Shown: positions 10,879 to 26,500 of the stretch, piece after piece
Position numbering within the stretch: the stretch's first letter is position 1
Layout: each line of letters begins with the position of its first letter
Source: Auanema rhodensis
Taxonomy: Eukaryota; Animalia; Nematoda
Length of the DNA stretch: 64,000 nucleotides
NCBI GenBank assembly: GCA_964057225.1
Contig: OZ059896.1
Location: forward strand, 19,282,001-19,346,000
Direction: 5' to 3'
The notes under the pieces: model-generated
Database searches by the model: none
What the model saw: the letters and a program-made list of their open reading frames with translations, nothing else
Told to the model about the DNA's origin: nothing
Made by a program: the position numbers and the translations under genes

Positions 10879-12960
10879 CGCAGCTTAAAAATCCGCATCG
10901 AATGCACTATACTACATTGAGAAACGCTTAATACAAAACTTAGTTATGATCGTTTGAAAAATGATGCATTAGTGTATGTTGAGTTTCCATGTACACTCAA
11001 CATTGCTTCCAAAAACATTTTGACAAAAATTTTTTCGAAAAATTTCAAAATAATTTAGCAAAAAGTAGATGTTTTTAGATTCCTTTTTTCAAGGCAAAGA
11101 CGATGGACAATGTTATTCAACGAAAAAATTAATTCTTCAGGGTGAAAATCGAGGATATAAGTGTGAACTTATACCAGTTGATATCTCGGTGCATTTTTAA
11201 GCTAGCGCAAATCTGATAACACAGATCGACGCAGCTTAAAAATCCGCATCGAATGCACTATACTACATTGAGAAACGCTTAATACAAAAATTAGTTATGA
11301 TCGTTTGAAAAATGATGCATTAGTGTATGTTGAGTTTCCATGTACACTCAACATTGCTTCCAAAAACATTTTGACAAAAATTTTTTCGAAAAATTTCAAA
11401 ATAATTTAGCAAAAAGTAGATGTTTTTAGATTCCTTTTTTCAAGGCAAAGACGATGGACAATGTTATTCAACGAAAAAAATAATTCTTTAGGGTGAAAAT
11501 CGAGGATATAAGTGTGAACTTATATCAGTTGATATCTCGGTGCATTTTTAAGCTAGCGCAAATCTGATAACACAGATCGACGCAGCTTAAAAATCCGCAT
11601 CGAATGCACTATACTACATTGAGAAACGCTTAATACAAGAATTAGTTATGATCGTTTGAAAAATGATGCATTAGTGTATGTTGAGTTTCCATGTACACTC
11701 AACATTGCTTCCAAAAACATTTTGACAAAAATTTTTTCGAACAATTTCAAAATAATTTAGCAAAAAGTAGATGTTTTTGGATTCCTTTTTTCAAGGCAAA
11801 GACGATGGACAATGTTATTCAACGAAAAAATTAATTCTTTAGGGTGAAAATCGAGGATATAAGTGTGAACTTATATCAGTTGATATCTCGGTGCATTTTT
11901 AAGCTAGCGCAAATCTGATAACACAGATCGACGCAGCTTAAAAATCCGCATCGAATGCACTATACTACATTGAGAAACGCTTAATACAAAACTTAGTTAT
12001 GATCGTTTGAAAAATGATGCATTAGTGTATGTTGAGTTTCCATGTACACTCAACATTGCTTCCAAAAACATTTTGACAAAAATTTTTTCGAAAAATTTCA
12101 AAATAATTTAGCAAAAAGTAGATGTTTTTAGATTCCTTTTTTCAAGGCAAAGACGATGGACAATGTTATTCAACGAAAAAATTAATTCTTCAGGGTGAAA
12201 ATCGAGGATATAAGTGTGAACTTATACCAGTTGATATCTCGGTGCATTTTTAAGCTAGCGCAAATCTGATAACACAGATCGACGCAGCTTAAAAATCCGC
12301 ATCGAATGCACTATACTACATTGAGAAACGCTTAATACAAAAATTAGTTATGATCGTTTGAAAAATGATGCATTAGTGTATGTTGAGTTTCCATGTACAC
12401 TCAACATTGCTTCCAAAAACATTTTGACAAAAATTTTTTCGAAAAATTTCAAAATAATTTAGCAAAAAGTAGATGTTTTTAGATTCCTTTTTTCAAGGCA
12501 AAGACGATGGACAATGTTATTCAACGAAAAAAATAATTCTTTAGGGTGAAAATCGAGGATATAAGTGTGAACTTATATCAGTTGATATCTCGGTGCATTT
12601 TTAAGCTAGCGCAAATCTGATAACACAGATCGACGCAGCTTAAAAATCCGCATCGAATGCACTATACTACATTGAGAAACGCTTAATACAAGAATTAGTT
12701 ATGATCGTTTGAAAAATGATGCATTAGTGTATGTTGAGTTTCCATGTACACTCAACATTGCTTCCAAAAACATTTTGACAAAAATTTTTTCGAACAATTT
12801 CAAAATAATTTAGCAAAAAGTAGATGTTTTTGGATTCCTTTTTTCAAGGCAAAGACGATGGACAATGTTATTCAACGAAAAAATTAATTCTTTAGGGTGA
12901 AAATCGAGGATATAAGTGTGAACTTATATCAGTTGATATCTCGGTGCATTTTTAAGCTAG
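10879..12960 (+). repeat. Trimer (1053-bp) tandem duplication
   Basis: The pattern aaaaCtt+tataCc / aaaAtaattcttTag / caaGaa+cgaaCaa+tttGga occurs at 10879-11931 and again from 11932. Confidence 0.82.
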
Positions 12961-15900
12961 CGCAAGTCTGATAACACAGATCGACGCAGCTTAAAAATCC
13001 GCATCGAATGCACTATACTACATTGAGAAACGCTTAATACAAGAATTAGTTATGATCGTTTGAAAAATGATGCATTAGTGTATGTTGAGTTTCCATGTAC
13101 ACTCAACATTGCTTCCAAAAACATTTTGACAAAAATTTTTTCGAACAATTTCAAAATAATTTAGCAAAAAGTAGATGTTTTTGGATTCCTTTTTTCAAGG
13201 CAAAGACGATGGACAATGTTATTCAACGAAAAAATTAATTCTTTAGGGTGAAAATCGAGGATATAAGTGTGAACTTATATCAGTTGATATCTCGGTGCAT
13301 TTTTAAGCTAGCGCAAGTCTGATAACACAGATCGACGCAGCTTAAAAATCCGCATCGAATGCACTATACTACATTGAGAAACGCTTAATACAAAACTTAG
13401 TTATGATCGTTTGAAAAATGATGCATTAGTGTATGTTGAGTTTCCATGTACACTCAACATTGCTTCCAAAAACATTTTGACAAAAATTTTTTCGAAAAAT
13501 TTCAAAATAATTTAGCAAAAAGTAGATGTTTTTAGATTCCTTTTTTCAAGGCAAAGACGATGGACAATGTTATTCAACGAAAAAATTAATTCTTTAGGGT
13601 GAAAATCGAGGATATAAGTGTGAACTTATATCAGTTGATATCTCGGTGCATTTTTAAGCTAGCGCAAGTCTGATAACACAGATCGACGCAGCTTAAAAAT
13701 CCGCATCGAATGCACTATACTACATTGAGAAACGCTTAATACAAGAATTAGTTATGATCGTTTGAAAAATGATGCATTAGTGTATGTTGAGTTTCCATGT
13801 ACACTCAACATTGCTTCCAAAAACATTTTGACAAAAATTTTTTCGAACAATTTCAAAATAATTTAGCAAAAAGTAGATGTTTTTGGATTCCTTTTTTCAA
13901 GGCAAAGACGATGGACAATGTTATTCAACGAAAAAATTAATTCTTTAGGGTGAAAATCGAGGATATAAGTGTGAACTTATATCAGTTGATATCTCGGTGC
14001 ATTTTTAAGCTAGCGCAAGTCTGATAACACAGATCGACGCAGCTTAAAAATCCGCATCGAATGCACTATACTACATTGAGAAACGCTTAATACAAAACTT
14101 AGTTATGATCGTTTGAAAAATGATGCATTAGTGTATGTTGAGTTTCCATGTACACTCAACATTGCTTCCAAAAACATTTTGACAAAAATTTTTTCGAAAA
14201 ATTTCAAAATAATTTAGCAAAAAGTAGATGTTTTTAGATTCCTTTTTTCAAGGCAAAGACGATGGACAATGTTATTCAACGAAAAAATTAATTCTTTAGG
14301 GTGAAAATCGAGGATATAAGTGTGAACTTATACCAGTTGATATCTCGGTGCATTTTTAAGCTAGCGCAAATCTGATAACACAGATCGACGCAGCTTAAAA
14401 ATCCGCATCGAATGCACTATACTACATTGAGAAACGCTTAATACAAAAATTAGTTATGATCGTTTGAAAAATGATGCATTAGTGTATGTTGAGTTTCCAT
14501 GTACACTCAACATTGCTTCCAAAAACATTTTGACAAAAATTTTTTCGAAAAATTTCAAAATAATTTAGCAAAAAGTAGATGTTTTTAGATTCCTTTTTTC
14601 AAGGCAAAGACGATGGACAATGTTATTCAACGAAAAAAATAATTCTTTAGGGTGAAAATCGAGGATATAAGTGTGAACTTATATCAGTTGATATCTCGGT
14701 GCATTTTTAAGCTAGCGCAAATCTGATAACACAGATCGACGCAGCTTAAAAATCCGCATCGAATGCACTATACTACATTGAGAAACGCTTAATACAAAAA
14801 TTAGTTATGATCGTTTGAAAAATGATGCATTAGTGTATGTTGAGTTTCCATGTACACTCAACATTGCTTCCAAAAACATTTTGACAAAAATTTTTTCGAA
14901 CAATTTCAAAATAATTTAGCAAAAAGTAGATGTTTTTGGATTCCTTTTTTCAAGGCAAAGACGATGGACAATGTTATTCAACGAAAAAATTAATTCTTTA
15001 GGGTGAAAATCGAGGATATAAGTGTGAACTTATATCAGTTGATATCTCGGTGCATTTTTAAGCTAGCGCAAATCTGATAACACAGATCGACGCAGCTTAA
15101 AAATCCGCATCGAATGCACTATACTACATTGAGAAACGCTTAATACAAAAATTAGTTATGATCGTTTGAAAAATGATGCATTAGTGTATGTTGAGTTTCC
15201 ATGTACACTCAACATTGCTTCCAAAAACATTTTGACAAAAATTTTTTCGAAAAATTTCAAAATAATTTAGCAAAAAGTAGATGTTTTTAGATTCCTTTTT
15301 TCAAGGCAAAGACGATGGACAATGTTATTCAACGAAAAAAATAATTCTTTAGGGTGAAAATCGAGGATATAAGTGTAAACTTATATCAGTTGATATCTCG
15401 GTGCATTTTTAAGCTAGCGCAAATCTGATAACACAGATCGACGCAGCTTAAAAATCCGCATCGAATGCACTATACTACATTGAGAAACGCTTAATACAAA
15501 AATTAGTTATGATCGTTTGAAAAATGATGCATTAGTGTATGTTGAGTTTCCATGTACACTCAACATTGCTTCCAAAAACATTTTGACAAAAATTTTTTCG
15601 AAAAATTTCAAAATAATTTAGCAAAAAGTAGATGTTTTTAGATTCCTTTTTTCAAGGCAAAGACGATGGACAATGTTATTCAACGAAAAAAATAATTCTT
15701 TAGGGTGAAAATCGAGGATATAAGTGTGAACTTATATCAGTTGATATCTCGGTGCATTTTTAAGCTAGCGCAAATCTGATAACACAGATCGACGCAGCTT
15801 ACAAATCCGCATCGAATGCACTATACTACATTGAGAAACGCTTAATACAAGAATTAGTTATGATCGTTTGAAAAATGATGCATTAGTGTATGTTGAGTTT

Positions 15901-16159
15901 CCATGTACACTCAACATTGCTTCCAAAAACATTTTGACAAAAATTTTTTCGAAAAATTTCAAAATAATTTAGCAAAAAGTAGATGTTTTTAGATTCCTTT
16001 TTTCAAGGCAAAGACGATGGACAATGTTATTCAACGAAAAAATTATTTCTTCAGGGTGAAAATCGAGGATATAAGTGTGAACTTATATCAGTTGATATCT
16101 CGGTGCATTTTTAAGCTAGCGCAAATCTGATAACACAGATCGACGCAGCTTAAAATACC

Positions 16160-18400
16160 GCATCGAATGCACTATACTACATTGAGAAACGCTTAATACA
16201 AAACTTAGTTATGATCGTTTGAAAAATGATGCATTAGTGTATGTTGAGTTTCCATGTACACTCAACATTGCTTCCAAAAACATTTTGACAAAAATTTTTT
16301 CGAAAATTTTCAAAATAATTTAGCAAAAAGTAGATGTTTTTAGATTCCTTTTTTCAAGGCAAAGACGATGGACAATGTTATTCAACGAAAAAATTAATTC
16401 TTCAGGGTGAAAATCGAGGATATAAGTGTGAACTTATACCAGTTGATATCTCAGTGCATTTTTAAGCTAGCGCAAATCTGATAACACAGATCGACGCAGC
16501 TTAAAAATCCGCATCGAATGCACTATACTACATTGAGAAACGCTCAATACAAAAATTAGTTATGATCGTTTGAAAAATGATGCATTAGTGTATGTTGAGT
16601 TTCCATGTACACTCAACATTGCTTCCAAAAACATTTTGACAAAAATTTTTTCGAAGAATTTCAAAATAATTTAGCAAAATGTAGATGTTTTTAGATTCCT
16701 TTTTTCAAGGCAAAGACGATGGACAATGTTATTCAACGAAAAAATTAATTCTTCAGGGTGAAAATCGAGGATATAAGTGTGAACTTATATCAGTTGATAT
16801 CTCGGTGCATTTTTAAGCTAGCGCAAATCTGATAACACAGATCGACGCAGCTTTAAAATCCGCATCGAATGCACTATACTACATTGAGAAACGCTTAATA
16901 CAAAAATTAGTTATGATCGTTTGAAAAATGATGCATTAGTGTATGTTGAGTTTCCATGTACACTCAACATTGCTTCCAAAAACATTTTGACAAAAAATTT
17001 TCGAAAAATTTCAAAATAATTTAGCAAAAAGTAGATGTTTTTAGATTCCTTTTTTCAAGGCAAAGACGATGGACAATGTTATTCAACGAAAAAATTAATT
17101 CTTCAGGGTGAAAATCGAGGATATAAGTGTGAACTTATACCAGTTGATATCTCGGTGCATTTTTAAGCTAGCGCAAATCTGATAACACAGATCGACGCAG
17201 CTTAAAAATCCGCATCGAATGCACTATACTACATTGAGAAACGCTTAATACAAAACTTAGTTATGATCGTTTGAAAAATGATGCATTAGTGTATGTTGAG
17301 TTTCCATGTACACTCAACATTGCTTCCAAAAACATTTTGACAAAAATTTTTTCGAAAATTTTCAAAATAATTTAGCAAAAAGTAGATGTTTTTAGATTCC
17401 TTTTTTCAAGGCAAAGACGATGGACAATGTTATTCAACGAAAAAATTAATTCTTCAGGGTGAAAATCGAGGATATAAGTGTGAACTTATACCAGTTGATA
17501 TCTCAGTGCATTTTTAAGCTAGCGCAAATCTGATAACACAGATCGACGCAGCTTAAAAATCCGCATCGAATGCACTATACTACATTGAGAAACGCTCAAT
17601 ACAAAAATTAGTTATGATCGTTTGAAAAATGATGCATTAGTGTATGTTGAGTTTCCATGTACACTCAACATTGCTTCCAAAAACATTTTGACAAAAATTT
17701 TTTCGAAGAATTTCAAAATAATTTAGCAAAATGTAGATGTTTTTAGATTCCTTTTTTCAAGGCAAAGACGATGGACAATGTTATTCAACGAAAAAATTAA
17801 TTCTTCAGGGTGAAAATCGAGGATATAAGTGTGAACTTATATCAGTTGATATCTCGGTGCATTTTTAAGCTAGCGCAAATCTGATAACACAGATCGACGC
17901 AGCTTTAAAATCCGCATCGAATGCACTATACTACATTGAGAAACGCTTAATACAAAAATTAGTTATGATCGTTTGAAAAATGATGCATTAGTGTATGTTG
18001 AGTTTCCATGTACACTCAACATTGCTTCCAAAAACATTTTGACAAAAAATTTTCGAAAAATTTCAAAATAATTTAGCAAAAAGTAGATGTTTTTAGATTC
18101 CTTTTTTCAAGGCAAAGACGATGGACAATGTTATTCAACGAAAAAATTAATTCTTCAGGGTGAAAATCGAGGATATAAGTGTGAACTTATACCAGTTGAT
18201 ATCTCGGTGCATTTTTAAGCTAGCGCAAATCTGATAACACAGATCGACGCAGCTTAAAAATCCGCATCGAATGCACTATACTACATTGAGAAACGCTTAA
18301 TACAAAACTTAGTTATGATCGTTTGAAAAATGATGCATTAGTGTATGTTGAGTTTCCATGTACACTCAACATTGCTTCCAAAAACATTTTGACAAAAATT
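16160..18400 (+). repeat. Trimer (1052-bp) tandem duplication, also present in copy 2 at ~33700-35950
   Basis: cgaaaaTttt with ctcAgtg in 16144/17196; gcttTaaaa with a 1-bp-shorter A6T4 tract in 16846/17898. Confidence 0.88.
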
Positions 18401-21110
18401 TTTTCGAAAAATTTCAAAATAATTTAGCAAAAAGTAGATGTTTTTAGATTCCTTTTTTCAAGGCAAAGACGATGGACAATGTTATTCAACGAAAAAAATA
18501 ATTCTTTAGGGTGAAAATCGAGGATATAAGTGTGAACTTATATCAGTTGATATCTCGGTGCATTTTTAAGCTAGCGCAAATCTGATAACACAGATCGACG
18601 CAGCTTAAAAATCCGCATCGAATGCACTATACTACATTGAGAAACGCTTAATACAAAAATTAGTTATGATCGTTTGAAAAATGATGCATTAGTGTATGTT
18701 GAGTTTCCATGTACACTCAACATTGCTTCCAAAAACATTTTGACAAAAATTTTTTCGAAAAATTTCAAAATAATTTAGCAAAAAGTAGATGTTTTTAGAT
18801 TCCTTTTTTCAAGGCAAAGACGATGGACAATGTTATTCAACGAAAAAAATAATTCTTTAGGGTGAAAATCGAGGATATAAGTGTGAACTTATATCAGTTG
18901 ATATCTCGGTGCATTTTTAAGCTAGCGCAAATCTGATAACACAGATCGACGCAGCTTACAAATCCGCATCGAATGCACTATACTACATTGAGAAACGCTT
19001 AATACAAGAATTAGTTATGATCGTTTGAAAAATGATGCATTAGTGTATGTTGAGTTTCCATGTACACTCAACATTGCTTCCAAAAACATTTTGACAAAAA
19101 TTTTTTCGAAAAATTTCAAAATAATTTAGCAAAAAGTAGATGTTTTTAGATTCCTTTTTTCAAGGCAAAGACGATGGACAATGTTATTCAACGAAAAAAT
19201 TAATTCTTCAGGGTGAAAATCGAGGATATAAGTGTGAACTTATACCAGTTGATATCTCAGTGCATTTTTAAGCTAGCGCAAATCTGATAACACAGATCGA
19301 CGCAGCTTGAAAATCCGCATCGAATGCACTATACTACATTGAGAAACGCTCAATACAAAAATTAGTTATGATCGTTTGAAAAATGATGCATTAGTGTATG
19401 TTGAGTTTCCATGTACACTCAACATTGCTTCCAAAAACATTTTGACAAAAATTTTTTCGAAGAATTTCAAAATAATTTAGCAAAATGTAGATGTTTTTAG
19501 ATTCCTTTTTTCAAGGCAAAGACGATGGACAATGTTATTCAACGAAAAAATTAATTCTTCAGGGTGAAAATCGAGGATATAAGTGTGAACTTATATCAGT
19601 TGATATCTCGGTGCATTTTTAAGCTAGCGCAAATCTGATAACACAGATCGACGCAGCTTAAAAATCCGCATCGAATGCACTATACTACATTGAGAAACGC
19701 TTAATACAAAACTTAGTTATGATCGTTTGAAAAATGATGCATTAGTGTATGTTGAGTTTCCATGTACACTCAACATTGCTTCCAAAAACATTTTGACAAA
19801 AATTTTTTCGAAAAATTTCAAAATAATTTAGCAAAAAGTAGATGTTTTTAGATTCCTTTTTTCAAGGCAAAGACGATGGACAATGTTATTCAACGAAAAA
19901 AATAATTCTTTAGGGTGAAAATCGAGGATATAAGTGTGAACTTATATCAGTTGATATCTCGGTGCATTTTTAAGCTAGCGCAAATCTGATAACACAGATC
20001 GACGCAGCTTAAAAATCCGCATCGAATGCACTATACTACATTGAGAAACGCTTAATACAAAAATTAGTTATGATCGTTTGAAAAATGATGCATTAGTGTA
20101 TGTTGAGTTTCCATGTACACTCAACATTGCTTCCAAAAACATTTTGACAAAAATTTTTTCGAAAAATTTCAAAATAATTTAGCAAAAAGTAGAAGTTTTT
20201 AGATTCCTTTTTTCAAGGCAAAGACGATGGACAATGTTATTCAACGAAAAAAATAATTCTTTAGGGTGAAAATCGAGGATATAAGTGTGAACTTATATCA
20301 GTTGATATCTCGGTGCATTTTTAAGCTAGCGCAAATCTGATAACACAGATCGACGCAGCTTACAAATCCGCATCGAATGCACTATACTACATTGAGAAAC
20401 GCTTAATACAAGAATTAGTTATGATCGTTTGAAAAATGATGCATTAGTGTATGTTGAGTTTCCATGTACACTCAACATTGCTTCCAAAAACATTTTGACA
20501 AAAATTTTTTCGAAAAATTTCAAAATAATTTAGCAAAAAGTAGATGTTTTTAGATTCCTTTTTTCAAGGCAAAGACGATGGACAATGTTATTCAACGAAA
20601 AAATTAATTCTTCAGGGTGAAAATCGAGGATATAAGTGTGAACTTATACCAGTTGATATCTCAGTGCATTTTTAAGCTAGCGCAAATCTGATAACACAGA
20701 TCGACGCAGCTTGAAAATCCGCATCGAATGCACTATACTACATTGAGAAACGCTCAATACAAAAATTAGTTATGATCGTTTGAAAAATGATGCATTAGTG
20801 TATGTTGAGTTTCCATGTACACTCAACATTGCTTCCAAAAACATTTTGACAAAAATTTTTTCGAAGAATTTCAAAATAATTTAGCAAAATGTAGATGTTT
20901 TTAGATTCCTTTTTTCAAGGCAAAGACGATGGACAATGTTATTCAACGAAAAAATTAATTCTTCAGGGTGAAAATCGAGGATATAAGTGTGAACTTATAT
21001 CAGTTGATATCTCGGTGCATTTTTAAGCTAGCGCAAATCTGATAACACAGATCGACGCAGCTTAAAAATCCGCATCGAATGCACTATACTACATTGAGAA
21101 ACGCTTAATA
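18248..21110 (+). repeat. Tetramer (1404-bp) tandem duplication, also present in copy 2 at 35796-~38660
   Basis: cttaCaaat in 18950/20354; cttGaaaat in 19301/20705; aaaaCtt in 18248/19652. Confidence 0.88.
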
Positions 21111-23599
21111 CAAAAATTAGTTATGATCGTTTGAAAAATGATGCATTAGTGTATGTTGAGTTTCCATGTACACTCAACATTGCTTCCAAAAACATTTTGA
21201 CAAAAATTTTTTCGAAAAATTTCAAAATAATTTAGCAAAAAGTAGATGTTTTTAGATTCCTTTTTTCAAGGCAAAGACGATGGACAATGTTATTCAACGA
21301 AAAAATTAATTCTTCAGGGTGAAAATCGAGGATATAAGTGTGAACTTATACCAGTTGATATCTCGGTGCATTTTTAAGCTAGCGCAAATCTGATAACACA
21401 GATCGACGCAGCTTAAAAATCCGCATCGAATGCACTATACTACATTGAGAAACGCTCAATACAAAAATTAGTTATGATCGTTTGAAAAATGATGCATTAG
21501 TGTATGTTGAGTTTCCATGTACACTCAACATTGCTTCCAAAAACATTTTGACAAAAATTTTTTCGAAGAATTTCAAAATAATTTAGCAAAATGTAGATGT
21601 TTTTAGATTCCTTTTTTCAAGGCAAAGACGATGGACAATGTTATTCAACGAAAAAATTAATTCTTCAGGGTGAAAATCGAGGATATAAGTGTGAACTTAT
21701 ATCAGTTGATATCTCGGTGCATTTTTAAGCTAGCGCAAATCTGATAACACAGATCGACGCAGCTTAAAAATCCGCATTGAATGCACTTTACTACATTGAG
21801 AAACGCTTAATACAAAAATTAGTTATGATCGTTTGAAAAATGATGCATTAGTGTATGTTGAGTTTCCATGTACACTCAACATTGCTTCCAAAAACATTTT
21901 GACAAAAATTTTTTCGAAGAATTTCAAAATAATTTAGCAAAATGTAGATGTTTTTAGATTCCTTTTTTCAAGGCAAAGACGATGGACAATGTTATTCAAC
22001 GAAAAAATTAATTCTTCAGGGTGAAAATCGAGGATATAAGTGTGAACTTATACCAGTTGATATCTCGGTGCATTTTTAAGCTAGCGCAAATCTGATAACA
22101 CAGATCGACGCAGCTTAAAAATCCGCATCGAATGCACTATACTACATTGAGAAACGCTCAATACAAAAATTAGTTATGATCGTTTGAAAAATGATGCATT
22201 AGTGTATGTTGAGTTTCCATGTACACTCAACATTGCTTCCAAAAACATTTTGACAAAAATTTTTTCGAAGAATTTCAAAATAATTTAGCAAAATGTAGAT
22301 GTTTTTAGATTCCTTTTTTCAAGGCAAAGACGATGGACAATGTTATTCAACGAAAAAATTAATTCTTCAGGGTGAAAATCGAGGATATAAGTGTGAACTT
22401 ATATCAGTTGATATCTCGGTGCATTTTTAAGCTAGCGCAAATCTGATAACACAGATCGACGCAGCTTAAAAATCCGCATTGAATGCACTTTACTACATTG
22501 AGAAACGCTTAATACAAAAATTAGTTATGATCGTTTGAAAAATGATGCATTAGTGTATGTTGAGTTTCCATGTACACTCAACATTGCTTCCAAAAACATT
22601 TTGACAAAAATTTTTTCGAAGAATTTCAAAATAATTTAGCAAAATGTAGATGTTTTTAGATTCCTTTTTTCAAGGCAAAGACGATGGACAATGTTATTCA
22701 ACGAAAAAATTAATTCTTCAGGGTGAAAATCGAGGATATAAGTGTGAACTTATACCAGTTGATATCTCGGTGCATTTTTAAGCTAGCGCAAATCTGATAA
22801 CACAGATCGACGCAGCTTAAAAATCCGCATCGAATGCACTATACTACATTGAGAAACGCTCAATACAAAAATTAGTTATGATCGTTTGAAAAATGATGCA
22901 TTAGTGTATGTTGAGTTTCCATGTACACTCAACATTGCTTCCAAAAACATTTTGACAAAAATTTTTTCGAAGAATTTCAAAATAATTTAGCAAAATGTAG
23001 ATGTTTTTAGATTCCTTTTTTCAAGGCAAAGACGATGGACAATGTTATTCAACGAAAAAATTAATTCTTCAGGGTGAAAATCGAGGATATAAGTGTGAAC
23101 TTATATCAGTTGATATCTCGGTGCATTTTTAAGCTAGCGCAAATCTGATAACACAGATCGACGCAGCTTAAAAATCCGCATTGAATGCACTTTACTACAT
23201 TGAGAAACGCTTAATACAAAAATTAGTTATGATCGTTTGAAAAATGATGCATTAGTGTATGTTGAGTTTCCATGTACACTCAACATTGCTTCCAAAAACA
23301 TTTTGACAAAAATTTTTTCGAAAAATTTCAAAATAATTTAGCAAAAAGTAGATGTTTTTAGATTCTTTTTTTCAAGGCAAAGACGATGGACAATGTTGTT
23401 CAACGAAAAAATTAATTCTTCAGGGTGAAAATCGAGGATATAAGTGTGAACTTATATCAGTTGATATCTCGGTGCATTTTTAAGCTAGCGCAAATCTGAT
23501 AACACAGATCGACGCAGCTTAAAAATCCGCATCGAATGCACTATACTACATTGAGAAACGCTTAATACAAGAATTAGTTATGATCGTTTGAAAAATGAT

Positions 23600-26500
23600 G
23601 CATTAGTGTATGTTGAGTTTCCATGTACACTCAACATTGCTTCCAAAAACATTTTGACAAAAATTTTTTCGAAAAATTTCAAAATAATTTAGCAAAAAGT
23701 AGATGTTTTTAGATTCCTTTTTTCAAGGCAAAGACGATGGACAATGTTATTCAACGAAAAAATTATTTCTTCAGGGTGAAAATCGAGGATATAAGTGTGA
23801 ACTTATATCAGTTGATATCTCGGTCCATTTTTAAGCTAGCGCAAATCTGATAACACAGATCGACGCAGCTTAAAAATCCGCATCGAATGCACTATACTAC
23901 ATTGAGAAACGCTTAATACAAGAATTAGTTATGATCGTTTGAAAAATGATGCATTAGTGTATGTTGAGTTTCCATGTACACTCAACATTGCTTCCAAAAA
24001 CATTTTGACAAAAATTTTTTCGAAAAATTTCAAAATAATTTAGCAAAAAGTAGATGTTTTTAGATTCCTTTTTTCAAGGCAAAGACGATGGACAATGTTA
24101 TTCAACGAAAAAATTATTTCTTCAGGGTGAAAATCGAGGATATAAGTGTGAACTTATATCAGTTGATATATCGGTGCATTTTTAAGCTAGCGCAAATCTG
24201 ATAACACAGATCGACGCAGCTTAAAATACCGCATCGAATGCACTATACTACATTGAGAAACGCTTAATACAAAAATTAGTTATGATCGTTTGAAAAATGA
24301 TGCATTAGTGTATGTTGAGTTTCCATGTACACTCAACATTGCTTCCAAAAACATTTTGACAAAAATTTTTTCGAAAAATTTCAAAATAATTTAGCAAAAA
24401 GTAGATGTTTTTAGATTCCTTTTTTTAAGGCAAAGACGATGGACAATGTTATTCAACGAAAAAATTAATTCTTCAGGGTGAAAATCGAGGATATAAGTGT
24501 GAACTTATACCAGTTGATATCTCGGTGCATTTTTAAGCTAGCGCAAATCTGATAACACAGATCGACGCAGCTTAAAAATCCGCATCGAATGCACTATACT
24601 ACATTGAGAAACGCTCAATACAAAAATTAGTTATGATCGTTTGAAAAATGATGCATTAGTGTATGTTGAGTTTCCATGTACACTCAACATTGCTTCCAAA
24701 AACATTTTGACAAAAATTTTTTCGAAGAATTTCAAAATAATTTAGCAAAATGTAGATGTTTTTAGATTCCTTTTTTCAAGGCAAAGACGATGGACAATGT
24801 TATTCAACGAAAAAATTAATTCTTCAGGGTGAAAATCGAGGATATAAGTGTGAACTTATATCAGTTGATATCTCGGTGCATTTTTAAGCTAGCGCAAATC
24901 TCATAACACAGATCGACGCAGCTTAAAAATCCGCATCGAATGCACTATACTACATTGAGAAACGCTCAATACAAAAATTAGTTATGATCGTTTGAAAAAT
25001 GATGCATTAGTGTATGTTGAGTTTCCATGTACACTCAACATTGCTTCCAAAAACATTTTGACAAAAATTTTTTCGAAAAATTTCAAAATAATTTAGCAAA
25101 AAGTAGATGTTTTTAGATTCCTTTTTTCAAGGCAAAGACGATGGACAATGTTATTCAACGAAAAAATTAATTCTTCAGGGTGAAAATCGAGGATATAAGT
25201 GTGAACTTATACCAGTTGATATCCCGGTGCATTTTTAAGCTAGCGCAAATCTGATAACACAGATCGACGCAGCTTAAAAATCCGCATCGAATGCACTATA
25301 CTACATTGAGAAACGCTCAATACAAAAATTAGTTATGATCGTTTGAAAAATGATGCATTAGTGTATGTTGAGTTTCCATGTACACTCAACATTGCTTCCA
25401 AAAACATTTTGACAAAAATTTTTTCGAAGAATTTCAAAATAATTTAGCAAAATGTAGATGTTTTTAGATTCCTTTTTTCAAGGCAAAGACGATGGACAAT
25501 GTTATTCAACGAAAAAATTAATTCTTCAGGGTGAAAATCGAGGATATAAGTGTGAACTTATATCAGTTGATATCTCGGTGCATTTTTAAGCTAGCGCAAA
25601 TCTGATAACACAGATCGACGCAGCTTAAAAATCCGCATCGAATGCACTTTACTACATTGAGAAACGCTTAATACAAAAATTAGTTATGATCGTTTGAAAA
25701 ATGATGCATTAGTGTATGTTGAGTTTCCATGTACACTCAACATTGCTTCCAAAAACATTTTGACAAAAATTTTTTCGTAAAATTTCAAAATAATTTAGCA
25801 AAAAGTAGATGTTTTTAGATTCCTTTTTTCAAGGCAAAGACGATGGACAATGTTATTCAACGAAAAAATTATTTCTTCAGGGTGAAAATCGAGGATATAA
25901 GTGTGAACTTATATCAGTTGATATCTCGGTCCATTTTTAAGCTAGCGCAAATCTGATAACACAGATCGACGCAGCTTAAAAATCCGCATCGAATGCACTA
26001 TACTACATTGAGAAACGCTTAATACAAGAATTAGTTATGATCGTTTGAAAAATGATGCATTAGTGTATGTTGAGTTTCCATGTACACTCAACATTGCTTC
26101 CAAAAACATTTTGACAAAAATTTTTTCGAAAAATTTCAAAATAATTTAGCAAAAAGTAGATGTTTTTAGATTCCTTTTTTCAAGGCAAAGACGATGGACA
26201 ATGTTATTCAACGAAAAAATTATTTCTTCAGGGTGAAAATCGAGGATATAAGTGTGAACTTATATCAGTTGATATATCGGTGCATTTTTAAGCTAGCGCA
26301 AATCTGATAACACAGATCGACGCAGCTTAAAATACCGCATCGAATGCACTATACTACATTGAGAAACGCTTAATACAAAAATTAGTTATGATCGTTTGAA
26401 AAATGATGCATTAGTGTATGTTGAGTTTCCATGTACACTCAACATTGATTCCAAAAACATTTTGACAAAAATTTTTTCGAAAAATTTCAAAATAATTTAG

